A stretch of DNA of 34,352 nucleotides from a virus (IMGVR_UViG_3300035394_000014:1-34352); one strand, 5' to 3'; numbered from the stretch's first letter, positions 8,971 to 19,656 are shown. The notes: generated from the sequence alone by a model not told the origin. Program-made: numbers and translations.

Positions 8971-9092
8971 ACGCTAAAAAGTGACAAGTAAGTAAGTTAA
9001 GTAAATTAAAAATATTTAAATTAAAAATCAGTAACTTAAATTAAAACTTAAAGTTAATTAACAAATACTAAAAAGTTTACATTATATTTTTA

Positions 9093-9100
9093 TAATTTTG
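9093..9100 (+). promoter_or_regulatory. Bacteroidota -7 promoter element for capsid genes
   Basis: TAATTTTG(CA) in the 160-nt intergenic gap, upstream of an A-rich leader. Confidence 0.55.
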
Positions 9101-9133
9101 CATTAATCAAACAAAAACAAATTTCAATTATTT

Positions 9134-10162
9134 ATGAATACTAATCAACCTAATGATTGGAATCAAGAAGATGATTCTAATTATGAAGTATATACTCCAG
9201 GAGTAGATAACTTTAATGAAGAAGTAGCTTCTAAAACTAAAGAAGAGCCTCAAGTAGAAGACGAATCTACTGAACCAGACTATGAAGTTTTCATACCTGG
9301 TGAAGATAATACTGAAACTACCTCTACTTCAACTGAAATAAAAGATATACCATCAACTATCAATAGTGCTCATGTTAAGTTAGCTAAAGATTTAGCTCAA
9401 CTAGGAGTATTAGATATTAATGATGATGTTGAAATCAACAATGAAGAAGATGTTTTATTTCATGTTGAAAATACTATAATGAGTAAAGCAAAAGGATTAT
9501 TAAATGAGTTTACTGAAAACTTAGATCCATTAGCAAAACAATTTATAGAATACAAACGACAAGGTGGAGATACTAAAACATTCTTAGAAAAGTTTTCTTC
9601 CTATGATCAAGATATAAAAGCAGATACTGTAGAAGATAAAATTAGATTTTTAACTAATGCATATCGTGAGAAAGGTCTAAGAGATTCAATCATTAATGCT
9701 ACTATTCAAAAATTAGATGATGATGGAGATTTAGAATCTGAATTTGAGGCTGAATATACTGATTATTCAGAACGTAAATCTAGATTACTAGAAGACGAAG
9801 TTAGACAACAAGAACACTTGGTAGTACAAAGACAAAAAGAATTTCAAGAAGAAGTTAATAATATACAAACATTATTAAGTTCTAAAAAAGAAATTTCTGG
9901 ATTACCAATTACTAAAAAAGATAGAGAAGAATTAATTCCATTTTTATATCAACAAATAGAAACTGAATCTGGCGGCACTACCACTTCCTTTAAAACTACA
10001 CTAAGTAATATTATTAAAAATCCGGAACAACTTATTGTGTTAGCAAAGTTAGTTCGTGAAAATATGGATTTAAGTTCTTTAAAAAAAGTAGTGAAATCAG
10101 AGCAAGTAAGTAGTGCACGAACAGGTACTCCCAGTTTATTTGGTAACTATTCTAAAAAATAA
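9134..10162 (+). CDS. Putative scaffolding/head assembly protein
   Basis: Very acidic low-complexity N-terminus and helical remainder, located between portal and MCP. Confidence 0.6.
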   Translation: MNTNQPNDWNQEDDSNYEVYTPGVDNFNEEVASKTKEEPQVEDESTEPDYEVFIPGEDNTETTSTSTEIKDIPSTINSAHVKLAKDLAQLGVLDINDDVEINNEEDVLFHVENTIMSKAKGLLNEFTENLDPLAKQFIEYKRQGGDTKTFLEKFSSYDQDIKADTVEDKIRFLTNAYREKGLRDSIINATIQKLDDDGDLESEFEAEYTDYSERKSRLLEDEVRQQEHLVVQRQKEFQEEVNNIQTLLSSKKEISGLPITKKDREELIPFLYQQIETESGGTTTSFKTTLSNIIKNPEQLIVLAKLVRENMDLSSLKKVVKSEQVSSARTGTPSLFGNYSKK

Positions 10163-10176
10163 ACAAACAATAACAA

Positions 10177-11718
10177 ATGAAAATTAGTACAGTTTTAGAA
10201 CAAGGGAATTTTTTTCCCGATAAGATTCAAAGTCGATGGAAAACATTCAGTCATAGTACTCATACTGAAATGGCTCACTTGGCAATCGTAGGAGCAAATA
10301 GACCTTATTTACTCACGACTGTAATGCAAGAGCTATTTGTAAATAGACAACAAAACTTTAACGTATTAACATCTTTATTATCTAAAAATAAAGTAATGTT
10401 ACCAGAGAACCACACTACTTACGAGTGGTCAGTAATGGGAGGAAAACGTAAACCTGCTGTAGTATTAGAAAATGTTCATCCAGAATCAGATTTAACACCT
10501 GGTAAATATTCTCGCAAAGTGAGAATTAAATTAGATAGACGTTGGTATCAAACAGGTGATGTAATTGCCCCTCGTTTATCAGATGATAAAAAATATCAAT
10601 TAAGAGTAGTAGGTTATCCTGTTGATCATGGTACTGGATTTGTATATGAATGTGATCTTAATGGTGACATTAGTCATATCCCAGTTAAATTTTTAACACC
10701 AGGATCAGAATGGGTTAAATTATTCTCTCAATATGAAGAAGGTCGTGAACAAGCAGGTTCTACTCAATATGGAGCTGTACCATTTAGATTATCTGGTCGA
10801 TTAAGTCGTATGGCAAAAGAATATTCTATGACAGGTGATGCTGCTCAAAGTGTATTTGAAATGGACATTCCGTTTTTCCATGAAGGCAAGCAAATGATGG
10901 TACGTACTTGGATTCGTTATCAAGAATATGTATTTATGCAAGAGTGGGCTGCTGAGATTGAAAACAATGCTTGGTTCTCAAGAGAGAATACAGGTAGTTT
11001 AATTGGTAGTACAAATAGACAAATTCATGCTGGAGCTGGTATTTTCCAACAATTAGAAAATGCAGAAAAAGTACCTTTCGTAGATTTATCAGTTGATTTA
11101 ATTAATCAAATTGTAACTGATATGTACTATGGTAAAGTAGTAGGTCCAGATAGAAATTTAATTTTACAAACTGGTGAGTACGGTATGTTAGCATTCCACA
11201 AGGCAGTTACTCAATTTGTAAATGGAAGTGGACAACCTTGGACATTAGTTTCATCTAGTGAATCTAGTCCTATTTATAAAACAAGTTCTGATTGGGCTAA
11301 GCATAATGCATTTGGATTTGGATATAGATTTAATGAATATCAAATGCCGACTGGTGGTACTATTAAAGTAATTCATAACTCAGTATTTGATAATCCAAAT
11401 CACTTTGGTGCTAAACATAATGGTACTCCAATTCAATCAATGTCATTTGTAGCATTTGATTTAACAGATCAAGGTACATCTACAGGATTAGGTAACAATG
11501 TAAAAATGGTAGAACGTACTAACTCATTTAAATCAGATTACATTTGTGGATTACAGTCTCCAATGGGACCAATTAATCATCAAAAATCAGGTGGATTTAG
11601 AGCTAGTCATTCTGGTGATTACTACAAATTAGTATGTCAAGTTGATACTGGTATATTCATGGAAGATCCTACTAAAGTGTTACACATTTACTGGGATGTA
11701 GAACCAACAAACTATTAA
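10177..11718 (+). CDS. Major capsid protein
   Basis: 513 aa. YEWSVMG, GAGIFQQLE and LQTGEYGM..F resemble crAss-like MCPs; synteny agrees. Confidence 0.88.
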   Translation: MKISTVLEQGNFFPDKIQSRWKTFSHSTHTEMAHLAIVGANRPYLLTTVMQELFVNRQQNFNVLTSLLSKNKVMLPENHTTYEWSVMGGKRKPAVVLENVHPESDLTPGKYSRKVRIKLDRRWYQTGDVIAPRLSDDKKYQLRVVGYPVDHGTGFVYECDLNGDISHIPVKFLTPGSEWVKLFSQYEEGREQAGSTQYGAVPFRLSGRLSRMAKEYSMTGDAAQSVFEMDIPFFHEGKQMMVRTWIRYQEYVFMQEWAAEIENNAWFSRENTGSLIGSTNRQIHAGAGIFQQLENAEKVPFVDLSVDLINQIVTDMYYGKVVGPDRNLILQTGEYGMLAFHKAVTQFVNGSGQPWTLVSSSESSPIYKTSSDWAKHNAFGFGYRFNEYQMPTGGTIKVIHNSVFDNPNHFGAKHNGTPIQSMSFVAFDLTDQGTSTGLGNNVKMVERTNSFKSDYICGLQSPMGPINHQKSGGFRASHSGDYYKLVCQVDTGIFMEDPTKVLHIYWDVEPTNY

Positions 11719-11751
11719 AAATAAAATCAATCAAAAACACATTTTTAATTT

Positions 11752-12564
11752 ATGAAATACGAAATACAACCGATTAATAAAAAAGGAAATTGGTTAGCAG
11801 GTAATAATATTCCAGAGGATATTGAAATTCAAGGATCAATTACTTTTGCTGTAGGTTTAAAAAATAATAAATATAGAATCGCATTAAGTGAGGAGGATAT
11901 TCCAGTTATTGCTAAACATTACAATAGATCAGAAGATGACTTTTCATTAATCAGAACTCCTAATAAATATAGTGTATGGCAAGACTCAACTCTTCCATAC
12001 ACTAGAATTAAACTATCAGGTAAGACAGCTATTTTAGATGACGAAGTTACTGAACAACGTATTCAATTAGCTATATTAAGATCTCATCCAGAAGTAGCTA
12101 ATTCAGAAGAAGAATTACAGATTAATCCTGATGCTTATAAATATATTATAAGAAGTGAGATGGCTGAAATTCAAATTAAGAATAATAAAATTGCTAGAAA
12201 AGATGATGTTAGAAAGAAACTTGAAAAATTAAAATTAGATCAATTAAAAGCTATTTATACAGTAGTAACAGAAAGAAGTTTAAGTAACAAATCTTCTGAA
12301 TACATGAATGTAGCTAGAGAAGAACTTCTTGAAAGTTATTTAGATAAAACAGAAATTGAACTTGGTAAAGATCCAGATTTAATTCATATTTTACACGTAA
12401 TTTATAGAGCTATTGAAACTAATATAATTATTAGAGATAAAGGTGTCTTGTATTGGAATGGAGAAGTTGTTGCAGCAGGTATTGATGAATTAGCTAAGTT
12501 CTTAAAAGATCCGCAAAACCAATCCATAAAAGCTGATATATTAACTAAATTACAAAATAGATAA
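11752..12564 (+). CDS. Conserved crAss-like protein downstream of MCP
   Basis: HPEVANS and C-terminal LAKFLKDPQNQ pattern; position matches the crAss capsid block. Confidence 0.65.
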   Translation: MKYEIQPINKKGNWLAGNNIPEDIEIQGSITFAVGLKNNKYRIALSEEDIPVIAKHYNRSEDDFSLIRTPNKYSVWQDSTLPYTRIKLSGKTAILDDEVTEQRIQLAILRSHPEVANSEEELQINPDAYKYIIRSEMAEIQIKNNKIARKDDVRKKLEKLKLDQLKAIYTVVTERSLSNKSSEYMNVAREELLESYLDKTEIELGKDPDLIHILHVIYRAIETNIIIRDKGVLYWNGEVVAAGIDELAKFLKDPQNQSIKADILTKLQNR

Positions 12565-13277
12565 TGATAACAACTATCGAAAATATGCACTATGACTTCA
12601 AAATGAAGTTAAATAAGATCGATAGTCAAAAGTACAGAAATCTTCAAGTCCAAGAAATTGATTGGAAATTAAATGAAGCTCAATGGTTACTTATAAAAAC
12701 TATAACAGAACCTAGAATACAAAATAAGTATGGATTTGAAACAAACAGACGCACTATAGACGACATAAGAACATTAGTCAGAAACGATTCCCCCCTCGTT
12801 TTAAATCAAACTACAAATGATTCTTACACTGCTTCGCTACCAAATGACTACATGTTCTATGCGTCTGCGTATGTTATAGCTGACAAAGGTAATTGTAAAG
12901 ATAAAAGATTACGATTTATAACTAGACAGCACAATGACAAGTTTCAAGAAAGTCCTTTTGACGAATCATCATTCGAGTGGAGGGAAATAAATGGTAGGTT
13001 CTATGATTCAGGTATTAAAGTTTTTGCTGTAGATTTTACACCAAAAACAATTGTACTAGACTATATAAGAAAACCATTATACATGCATTATGCAAATGGT
13101 ACTATTAATGGAACTTATAATTTACCTGACGGAACTATTCTTACAGGCAAACAAGATTCTGAATTACCAGAACATATGATTTCTGAAATAGTAGACTTAG
13201 CTGTACTTATAACAACTGGTGATTTACAAATACCAGATTATAATATAAAATTAAATAAATTCAATAGTAATAATTAA
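12564..13277 (+). CDS. Putative tail ring/head-tail adaptor protein
   Basis: MHYDFK.KLNKIDS, EIDW.LNEAQ, LPNDYMFY, YIRKP and ELPEH...EIVDLAV, typical of crAss ring proteins. Confidence 0.7.
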   Translation: MITTIENMHYDFKMKLNKIDSQKYRNLQVQEIDWKLNEAQWLLIKTITEPRIQNKYGFETNRRTIDDIRTLVRNDSPLVLNQTTNDSYTASLPNDYMFYASAYVIADKGNCKDKRLRFITRQHNDKFQESPFDESSFEWREINGRFYDSGIKVFAVDFTPKTIVLDYIRKPLYMHYANGTINGTYNLPDGTILTGKQDSELPEHMISEIVDLAVLITTGDLQIPDYNIKLNKFNSNN

Positions 13278-13289
13278 AATTAAATAATA

Positions 13290-14489
13290 ATGTTTAATCC
13301 TTTAAGTCCTGTGACTAGTGTTCTAGTTACAAAAGGTGATCAAGCAGTTGTTCCAGTAGGTACAAATATATCTCAAATTTTACCAGGTCAAATCGGGTTT
13401 TTTGATGAATATGGTATTGCTGTAGATGCTACTACTGTTTTAGACATCTCAAAATTTATGTTAGCAGTAGGTACTTATAAAGGTACGCTTACTGGTGCTC
13501 AAGCTGATGGTTATATTACTAGTGCTGCTAGGAATATTGATTTAGAAGATAAATATATTGCTAATGCAAAATGTTATTCTCCAGCTCAAGATGAAAAATG
13601 GATTATATCAGGTTTTGATATTTGTTGTGATAAAACATATACTCTTAGAGTTAATGTTCAATCAGGAATGATTTATAACTTTAGAGGATTTCTTGGTTTA
13701 GAAAGATCTCATACTGTTAAAGCTAAATGTTGCAAAACATCTTGTGCTACATGTGATCCTGTAGAAGTTACACCTGATTGTAAACAATTGGTAATTGATT
13801 TGCTCAATAATATCAATAGATCTACTAATGTATTTTATAAAGCAGAATATGTAGATATTACTAACCCAGCTACTCCTGTGGTATTAACTGAAGCAGCTGT
13901 ATTAGCTCTTGCTGATTGTGATAATTTAGGATTACAATTAACTACTATTCCTGAAAAAGTTGCTGAATATTGCTGTATTGATTTAAATGACTATTACAGA
14001 AAAGCAGTTACATTATCTATTCGTTTTACAGATGAATTAGAATGTGTTGCTAAAGCTGAGAAAATCCAAAATATTGCTTTGGAACAAAATGCAGGTACGC
14101 AAGTATGGCAAGTGTTTGAAGAGTATGCTTTGATTCAACAAGGTGCTCCTTTGACTTGGTATCAATTTAGTAACTTAACTCCATTGCCAATTAGTCATCC
14201 AAAAGGTATTGTTGATAAAAATGAAAAATATACGTTGATTAATCTTCAACATGACTCAACTTTCTATTCTTCTCATAGAAGTTACACTAATAGATCAAAT
14301 ACTGTCATTGCGATCCCTTGTACCGATAGTACTACTACAGCGGCTGTAGCAGCTTTATTAGATGCAACTATTGCTAAAAGAGGTCAAGAGAAATTAGCTA
14401 CTGTATTGGGTACATGTGGTTGCACAACTGCTCCTATTGAAGTATCAGATATTGATGATACAAAAGTCGATGGAATCGGCGATAATTAA
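13290..14489 (+). CDS. Putative auxiliary capsid protein, Cys-rich
   Basis: 399 aa, LPGQIGFF N-terminal motif, 15 Cys, followed by a terminator; synteny with the crAss capsid block. Confidence 0.6.
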   Translation: MFNPLSPVTSVLVTKGDQAVVPVGTNISQILPGQIGFFDEYGIAVDATTVLDISKFMLAVGTYKGTLTGAQADGYITSAARNIDLEDKYIANAKCYSPAQDEKWIISGFDICCDKTYTLRVNVQSGMIYNFRGFLGLERSHTVKAKCCKTSCATCDPVEVTPDCKQLVIDLLNNINRSTNVFYKAEYVDITNPATPVVLTEAAVLALADCDNLGLQLTTIPEKVAEYCCIDLNDYYRKAVTLSIRFTDELECVAKAEKIQNIALEQNAGTQVWQVFEEYALIQQGAPLTWYQFSNLTPLPISHPKGIVDKNEKYTLINLQHDSTFYSSHRSYTNRSNTVIAIPCTDSTTTAAVAALLDATIAKRGQEKLATVLGTCGCTTAPIEVSDIDDTKVDGIGDN

Positions 14490-14510
14490 GGTTGTTTTTG
14501 ATTGAGGTTA

Positions 14511-14552
14511 GTTGGTGGGAGATTTTATTTATTATTATCGACCACCAATTTT
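14511..14552 (+). terminator. Intrinsic terminator
   Basis: TTGGTGG (14512-14518) pairs with CCACCAA (14542-14548), then TTTT. Confidence 0.6.
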
Positions 14553-14582
14553 CTTATACACTAATTTTAAAAATACAACTAA

Positions 14583-15641
14583 ATGTCTGGAATAAGCAAG
14601 CAAGAATTTAACCAATTCAAAGCTCAATTAATGGCTCAACTATGTGAGCTGAAAACATGTGGTTCATGTTGTGATAATAAAGAAGAAAAATTAGTTAGAG
14701 AAGTAACTGTATCTGGAAATACTTTTTTTGTAACATATAATGATGGTACTGTAAAAACATTTACTATTGGATCTACTGGTGGTCCTAATCCTGTTTTTGT
14801 AACTAATATAGATGTTACTCCAGCAGGTTATTTAGTTTTCTATAGTGACGGAACTACAGAGATATTGGCAAGTAATTCTAGTGACGAACTTGTTAAAATT
14901 TCAAGTTCAGATACTAACTCTAAATTTCTTGAAGATGCCTTAAATATTAAAGGTACCGCAGGATTAACAGATCCAATGTTGGTCAGATTAAATTCTGGTG
15001 CTAATGAAGAGTTAGAAATTAATATTCCAAAAGTAATTGTTGAAAATACTACCATAACTTATTCTCAAGCAGATATAAATTCAATATTAAAATTATACAG
15101 TAAATCAGATATAATTATTGATTTTCCAGGTGCATTAGATCCTTTGAAAGTTAATGGATCTAGTTTAACTACTAATAAAATAACTGATAAATTTAATAAA
15201 ATTACTACTTTACAAGGTACATTTAGATTTAACACTAGTGCTAATTTATTTGGGTCATTTGGATTGTTGAATACTCTTATTTTATTTTCCAATAATAAAA
15301 TTGCATCTTATTTTAAAATAGATGATTCTATAAAAACTAAATCTCAAAAATATTTCGGACAAGCAAATTTAAATATATTTGATACAGGTAGAACTATTCA
15401 AACTCAAAGTGGTCCTAAAGTACTTTTAAATTTTAATAAGAACTCGGTCTCTACATGTGAATTATCTACTAATTTGAATAATGATGGAGATTTAAAATTA
15501 ATAGCCGATTTTAATCATAATGCATTTGCTGAATATGATAATAATTCTGTACAAACTACATTGCCAGAAATAGTACCATATGATCCTAGACCTTATTTAG
15601 TTACATTTACTTTTACTATTACTTACGAAAATAAATATTAA
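14583..15641 (+). CDS. Putative fibre/structural protein
   Basis: Short N-terminal helix plus CGSCC, two V..V.V....F.V.Y.DG repeats, beta-rich C-terminus. Confidence 0.55.
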   Translation: MSGISKQEFNQFKAQLMAQLCELKTCGSCCDNKEEKLVREVTVSGNTFFVTYNDGTVKTFTIGSTGGPNPVFVTNIDVTPAGYLVFYSDGTTEILASNSSDELVKISSSDTNSKFLEDALNIKGTAGLTDPMLVRLNSGANEELEINIPKVIVENTTITYSQADINSILKLYSKSDIIIDFPGALDPLKVNGSSLTTNKITDKFNKITTLQGTFRFNTSANLFGSFGLLNTLILFSNNKIASYFKIDDSIKTKSQKYFGQANLNIFDTGRTIQTQSGPKVLLNFNKNSVSTCELSTNLNNDGDLKLIADFNHNAFAEYDNNSVQTTLPEIVPYDPRPYLVTFTFTITYENKY

Positions 15642-15642
15642 T

Positions 15643-16644
15643 ATGTGTAACAAATGTAAATCATGCAATGAGTGTGAAAATAAATGTACATGTAATTCAT
15701 GTGCGGATTGTGAAAAAGAATTGGTAGTTCAAAGTGTAACTTTAGCTGGTAATACTTTGCTTGTAGTTTATAACGATGGTTCGCAAACACAAACTAATTT
15801 ACAAACTCAAGTATTACCTTTACATGTTAGTAATGTTGTTTTATCTAATAATACTTTAACTACTACTTTTTCAGATGGTACTACAACTACTTCAAGTGTT
15901 AGTATTCCTAATTCAGTAGTTAATGTTGGATATAATAATAATATTCTTACAATGACATTTGTAGATGGTACGACTAGTAATGTTGGAATACCATTTAATC
16001 CAAATGCATTTGTAAATTCTACTGTTACTAATAATGTAATAACATTTGTTAAACAAAATGGTAGTACTACGAATTTAACAATTTCTTTACCGAGTCAAGA
16101 ATCTTTAACTTTGAATATAGATTCTATGACTAGTACTTCTGCTTCTAATGTAGATGTTAATGAAGATTATATTATAACAGATTTTATCAGTGAATATAGT
16201 ACATTTAAAAAAATAGAAGCTAAAGGTTATAAAGATTCATTCAGAAGAGTTGTTGATTTAACTTTTAAAATAAAATGTCAAGGTAGTGATAGTGGTACTA
16301 TCTTTAATAGTATTTTAGCACTTGGCGATTTGTCTAATTCTACTATAGTTTTAAAAGCAACATTACCTACAGTACCTTTATACGAAGTTAATGTTAGTGG
16401 TGTCATCACGCTGACTTTTGCAAAAGAAGATGCTGTTAGAAATGATATTGAATTTGAACCTGAATTTTCAGTGATTAATTTACCAGCTAATGTTAAATTA
16501 AAAACAGATGGTAGTTTAGAAATAGTATTTTCAATTTTTAAATCTACAGTAGAAGATTTAGGATCATTAAATGGGATAGGTACTCATGAGATGATTTCTA
16601 ATCCAGTTATAAATGGATCTTTTAATTTAAATTATTTATATTAA
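15643..16644 (+). CDS. Putative fibre protein with Cys-rich N-terminus
   Basis: Eight Cys in the first 23 aa, then four ~27-aa repeats (V.NV...NN.LT.TF.DGTT..V.IP). Confidence 0.6.
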   Translation: MCNKCKSCNECENKCTCNSCADCEKELVVQSVTLAGNTLLVVYNDGSQTQTNLQTQVLPLHVSNVVLSNNTLTTTFSDGTTTTSSVSIPNSVVNVGYNNNILTMTFVDGTTSNVGIPFNPNAFVNSTVTNNVITFVKQNGSTTNLTISLPSQESLTLNIDSMTSTSASNVDVNEDYIITDFISEYSTFKKIEAKGYKDSFRRVVDLTFKIKCQGSDSGTIFNSILALGDLSNSTIVLKATLPTVPLYEVNVSGVITLTFAKEDAVRNDIEFEPEFSVINLPANVKLKTDGSLEIVFSIFKSTVEDLGSLNGIGTHEMISNPVINGSFNLNYLY

Positions 16645-16646
16645 TT

Positions 16647-17492
16647 ATGAATTTATCAAACTTAGATTGTAAGAATATTTTAATACAATCAGATACAATC
16701 TCTGATTTGATATTAAATCCAAATAAATATTCTGATATAAAAATAAATGTTACAATCAACGATTGTAATACAGTTTATACAAATCAATGTACTCCATTTA
16801 ATTTATCTTGTAGAAGTTCTTCAAGTATAGTATTACCTAATTGTTGTGGATTAAAAATTAAAAGTGTTTTTGCTAAAATGCTTTTAACTCAACATGAATT
16901 TGAAATACCTATTCAAAATGGTAGTGTTCAAAATTGTCAAAATGTAGTTTCTATAAGAAATGAAGTTAATAGTTTTTTGTTAGGTAATTATGGTAGAAAT
17001 AATGTTTTAGTTTCTTCTTGTAATTTTAATAACCAAGATCAAACTTTTACTCTTAATCTATTATCCAATTCTCAGGAGGTTGTTTTTACAAAAATAGTAT
17101 ATGAATTAGATGGATTTGAAATAGAAGGTTACTTAGAGATACAAAATCAAATTAACTTTGCAATAACGCATCAAGGTATTATTTTATATCCAGACTTCTT
17201 TTTAACAGAAGAATTAAACAATGGGATATATAGTGTAGAAGTAATATTAACTACAGTGAATGGAGTTGAAATAACAGAAACTAATTGTTTATTTGTTGAT
17301 TGTGGATTAGATTGTTTACTAACTGAAAAAGCGTCTTCATTGAAAGATGATAATGAAAAAAAAGATCTATTATTATTACATTATGCATTATTAGCAGGTA
17401 GTAACTGTGGTTGTAATTGCGATGAATTAGTAGAATTGTATAAACAATTAATAAAACAAATAGGAGATGAAAATAGATGTGGAACTTGTTAA
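16647..17492 (+). CDS. Cys-rich putative structural protein
   Basis: 281 aa with 16 Cys including CGCNC and terminal CGTC. Confidence 0.55.
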   Translation: MNLSNLDCKNILIQSDTISDLILNPNKYSDIKINVTINDCNTVYTNQCTPFNLSCRSSSSIVLPNCCGLKIKSVFAKMLLTQHEFEIPIQNGSVQNCQNVVSIRNEVNSFLLGNYGRNNVLVSSCNFNNQDQTFTLNLLSNSQEVVFTKIVYELDGFEIEGYLEIQNQINFAITHQGIILYPDFFLTEELNNGIYSVEVILTTVNGVEITETNCLFVDCGLDCLLTEKASSLKDDNEKKDLLLLHYALLAGSNCGCNCDELVELYKQLIKQIGDENRCGTC

Positions 17493-17670
17493 TTGTAATA
17501 TAACGAAAGAAATTTTAAATTATAATCTGAATAAAAGATTTATGATAAATTGTTTTGATAATAATATATCATCTTTTAATTCTACATATATAAATAATTT
17601 AAATTGCTCACAAATAAAAGAATGTGATTTAAAATCACCTTGTAATACAAAAATAATTAAAAAACTATAA
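17467..17670 (+). CDS. Small hypothetical Cys-containing protein
   Basis: 67-aa ORF filling the gap between neighbours, with five Cys. Confidence 0.5.
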   Translation: MKIDVELVNCNITKEILNYNLNKRFMINCFDNNISSFNSTYINNLNCSQIKECDLKSPCNTKIIKKL

Positions 17671-17671
17671 T

Positions 17672-18847
17672 ATGAAATTTATTGAAAAAATAGAATATTT
17701 ACAAAAGCAAATCTGTTGTTTAAAAAATTCTTCTGGTAATCCTGATATTGATTTAGTTAATAATGGAAATGGTACATTTACATTTACCAACGGTGTTGAT
17801 GCACCTGTAACATTTGATACTGAAAAGACAATTGTTATAGATAATGGCGATGGCACATTTACATTAACTGATGATTTTGGAACTAATGTGACTATAAATA
17901 CAAATGATATATTAACTACTTATGTAGATGATGTTATTGCTGGCAATAAAATTGGAACATATACAGATGAAGCTGGAACACCTATTGACATTACAGAAAC
18001 CATTACACTTATGGAGCAACAAGCCAATGGAGATATTGAGTATCTTTCAGAAGACGGAGTTGTTGATACTGCTGTAATTTTATCTACAGATATTAATCAA
18101 TTATTAAAATCTGGAACAGATAATGGTAATTTATTAGTAGTTACTGATTTAATATCTACAGATGCTAACAATACAGTTACACCTGGAACAGATGGTAAAT
18201 TGTTTGCTCCTATAGTATCCGTATTTCCAGATGACCAAGTATTTAGTGGTGTAGCTACAGATACAACAAATGTAACTTTAACGCCATTGACCCCAACTCC
18301 AGAGGGTCAAATTGATTACAATTTAGAGGTTAATGTTAAAACTCAATGTGAAATTGATTCAGATGCATTAGGTATTAAATTAGCAGATTCTTTTTATGAG
18401 AATATTGGGACAGGTCACCTACCTACATTGGCTACATTAACTCCATTTGACTCATTAAAAGAAGTTGTCCAGGTTAATATTGTGAAAGATGGATGCTCAT
18501 TAAAAGGATTCGTTAATAAAGATACAGTTGTATTTAGTAAGTTTCATGGTATATCAGACGTTGATTTAAGTGTATTAACAAACATAGCAGTTGGTTCAGA
18601 AGCTCCAGATGTAGTTTCTATTATTGTAACTTCATTAGCTGCTAATTTTGATTTCTCTAATTGGTACATTAATACTTTAAGTACTGGTAAAAAAGTAGGT
18701 CAAAAGTTTATTGTAGCATTAGATATTAATACTCCATTGTTCTCAATGACTTATGATCACGCTAATGCTGGATTGATAAATTCAATATTTGATAAAGAGA
18801 TATTAACAGTAAAATCTCTTGAAGCTAATACATTGTATGAAGATTAG
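17672..18847 (+). CDS. Putative fibre protein
   Basis: Repeats NNGNGTFTFT/DNGDGTFTLT and LSTDINQLLKSGTD/ISTDANNTVTPGTDG; Thr/Asp-rich. Confidence 0.6.
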   Translation: MKFIEKIEYLQKQICCLKNSSGNPDIDLVNNGNGTFTFTNGVDAPVTFDTEKTIVIDNGDGTFTLTDDFGTNVTINTNDILTTYVDDVIAGNKIGTYTDEAGTPIDITETITLMEQQANGDIEYLSEDGVVDTAVILSTDINQLLKSGTDNGNLLVVTDLISTDANNTVTPGTDGKLFAPIVSVFPDDQVFSGVATDTTNVTLTPLTPTPEGQIDYNLEVNVKTQCEIDSDALGIKLADSFYENIGTGHLPTLATLTPFDSLKEVVQVNIVKDGCSLKGFVNKDTVVFSKFHGISDVDLSVLTNIAVGSEAPDVVSIIVTSLAANFDFSNWYINTLSTGKKVGQKFIVALDINTPLFSMTYDHANAGLINSIFDKEILTVKSLEANTLYED

Positions 18848-18848
18848 T

Positions 18849-19061
18849 ATGATAATAAAATATTTTAAAACTACAACTGGTAAAGTATTTTATAAATACT
18901 CATTAGAAAGCGAAGAGAGTATTAAAAAAGAAAAACGAAACCTAGACGAGGTTAAGTTGTCTTTGTCTAATCCTGAACTTGAAAATGAATCTTCTGAAGA
19001 AATATCTAGGGAAGACTATGATTCAATAATAAATAAAATATTTCCACAATATGTCATTTAA
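18849..19061 (+). CDS. Small hypothetical protein, possible fibre chaperone
   Basis: ATG 18849 follows the upstream stop by 1 nt. Charged 70-aa protein with EEISREDY near the C-terminus. Function is a guess from position. Confidence 0.5.
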   Translation: MIIKYFKTTTGKVFYKYSLESEESIKKEKRNLDEVKLSLSNPELENESSEEISREDYDSIINKIFPQYVI

Positions 19062-19656
19062 TAAAAAACTAAAAATAACCAGACAGCCTTTACCTTCTAA
19101 TACTATATACTCTAACTATAGAAATAGAAGACCTGTTGTTAATCCATCTGGTAGTAAAGAATACATTAATGGACTTGGAGCTGTTGTTATTGAACCTGAT
19201 ACTGATTATTCTTTTATAAATACACTAGGTAGAGAAGTTGATATTGATGTTGATTTTATTATTCGAGCAGTGTGTTATTCTGGTACTGCTGGAGGGTCTA
19301 CTCCAAATGTTTTTGCAACAACAGATAGGGTTTTAGTTGAATATAATAATGCTCCATCTTTGAATGCATCTTTAAGCTCTCCAAATGTTGTTAGTAATGT
19401 AATTTTAAGTTATAGGAATATTGATACTACATTATCTAAAACTGAATTTACTCCAGATACAGCTATACAGGGTACACATTACTGTGTAGTTATTTCAGGA
19501 ACGTATAAAGCACATTTACTTCCAAATGAAATTATTGTTGTATCATTTAATTTCAATATGACAAAATTTGAATTAAATGGCAGTACAGCATCAGGAATTG
19601 AAAAAACATTTTACCAAGAAGTTAGAGTTCAACCTACCATTTTATACCTAGAATAA
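19051..19656 (+). CDS. Hypothetical beta-rich protein
   Basis: 201-aa ORF within the fibre block. Confidence 0.6.
   Translation: MSFNKKLKITRQPLPSNTIYSNYRNRRPVVNPSGSKEYINGLGAVVIEPDTDYSFINTLGREVDIDVDFIIRAVCYSGTAGGSTPNVFATTDRVLVEYNNAPSLNASLSSPNVVSNVILSYRNIDTTLSKTEFTPDTAIQGTHYCVVISGTYKAHLLPNEIIVVSFNFNMTKFELNGSTASGIEKTFYQEVRVQPTILYLE

Noticed and set aside
4250-11718. Introns or inteins in TerL, portal or MCP
   Set aside because: ORFs are continuous, of ordinary length, and show no intein motifs.
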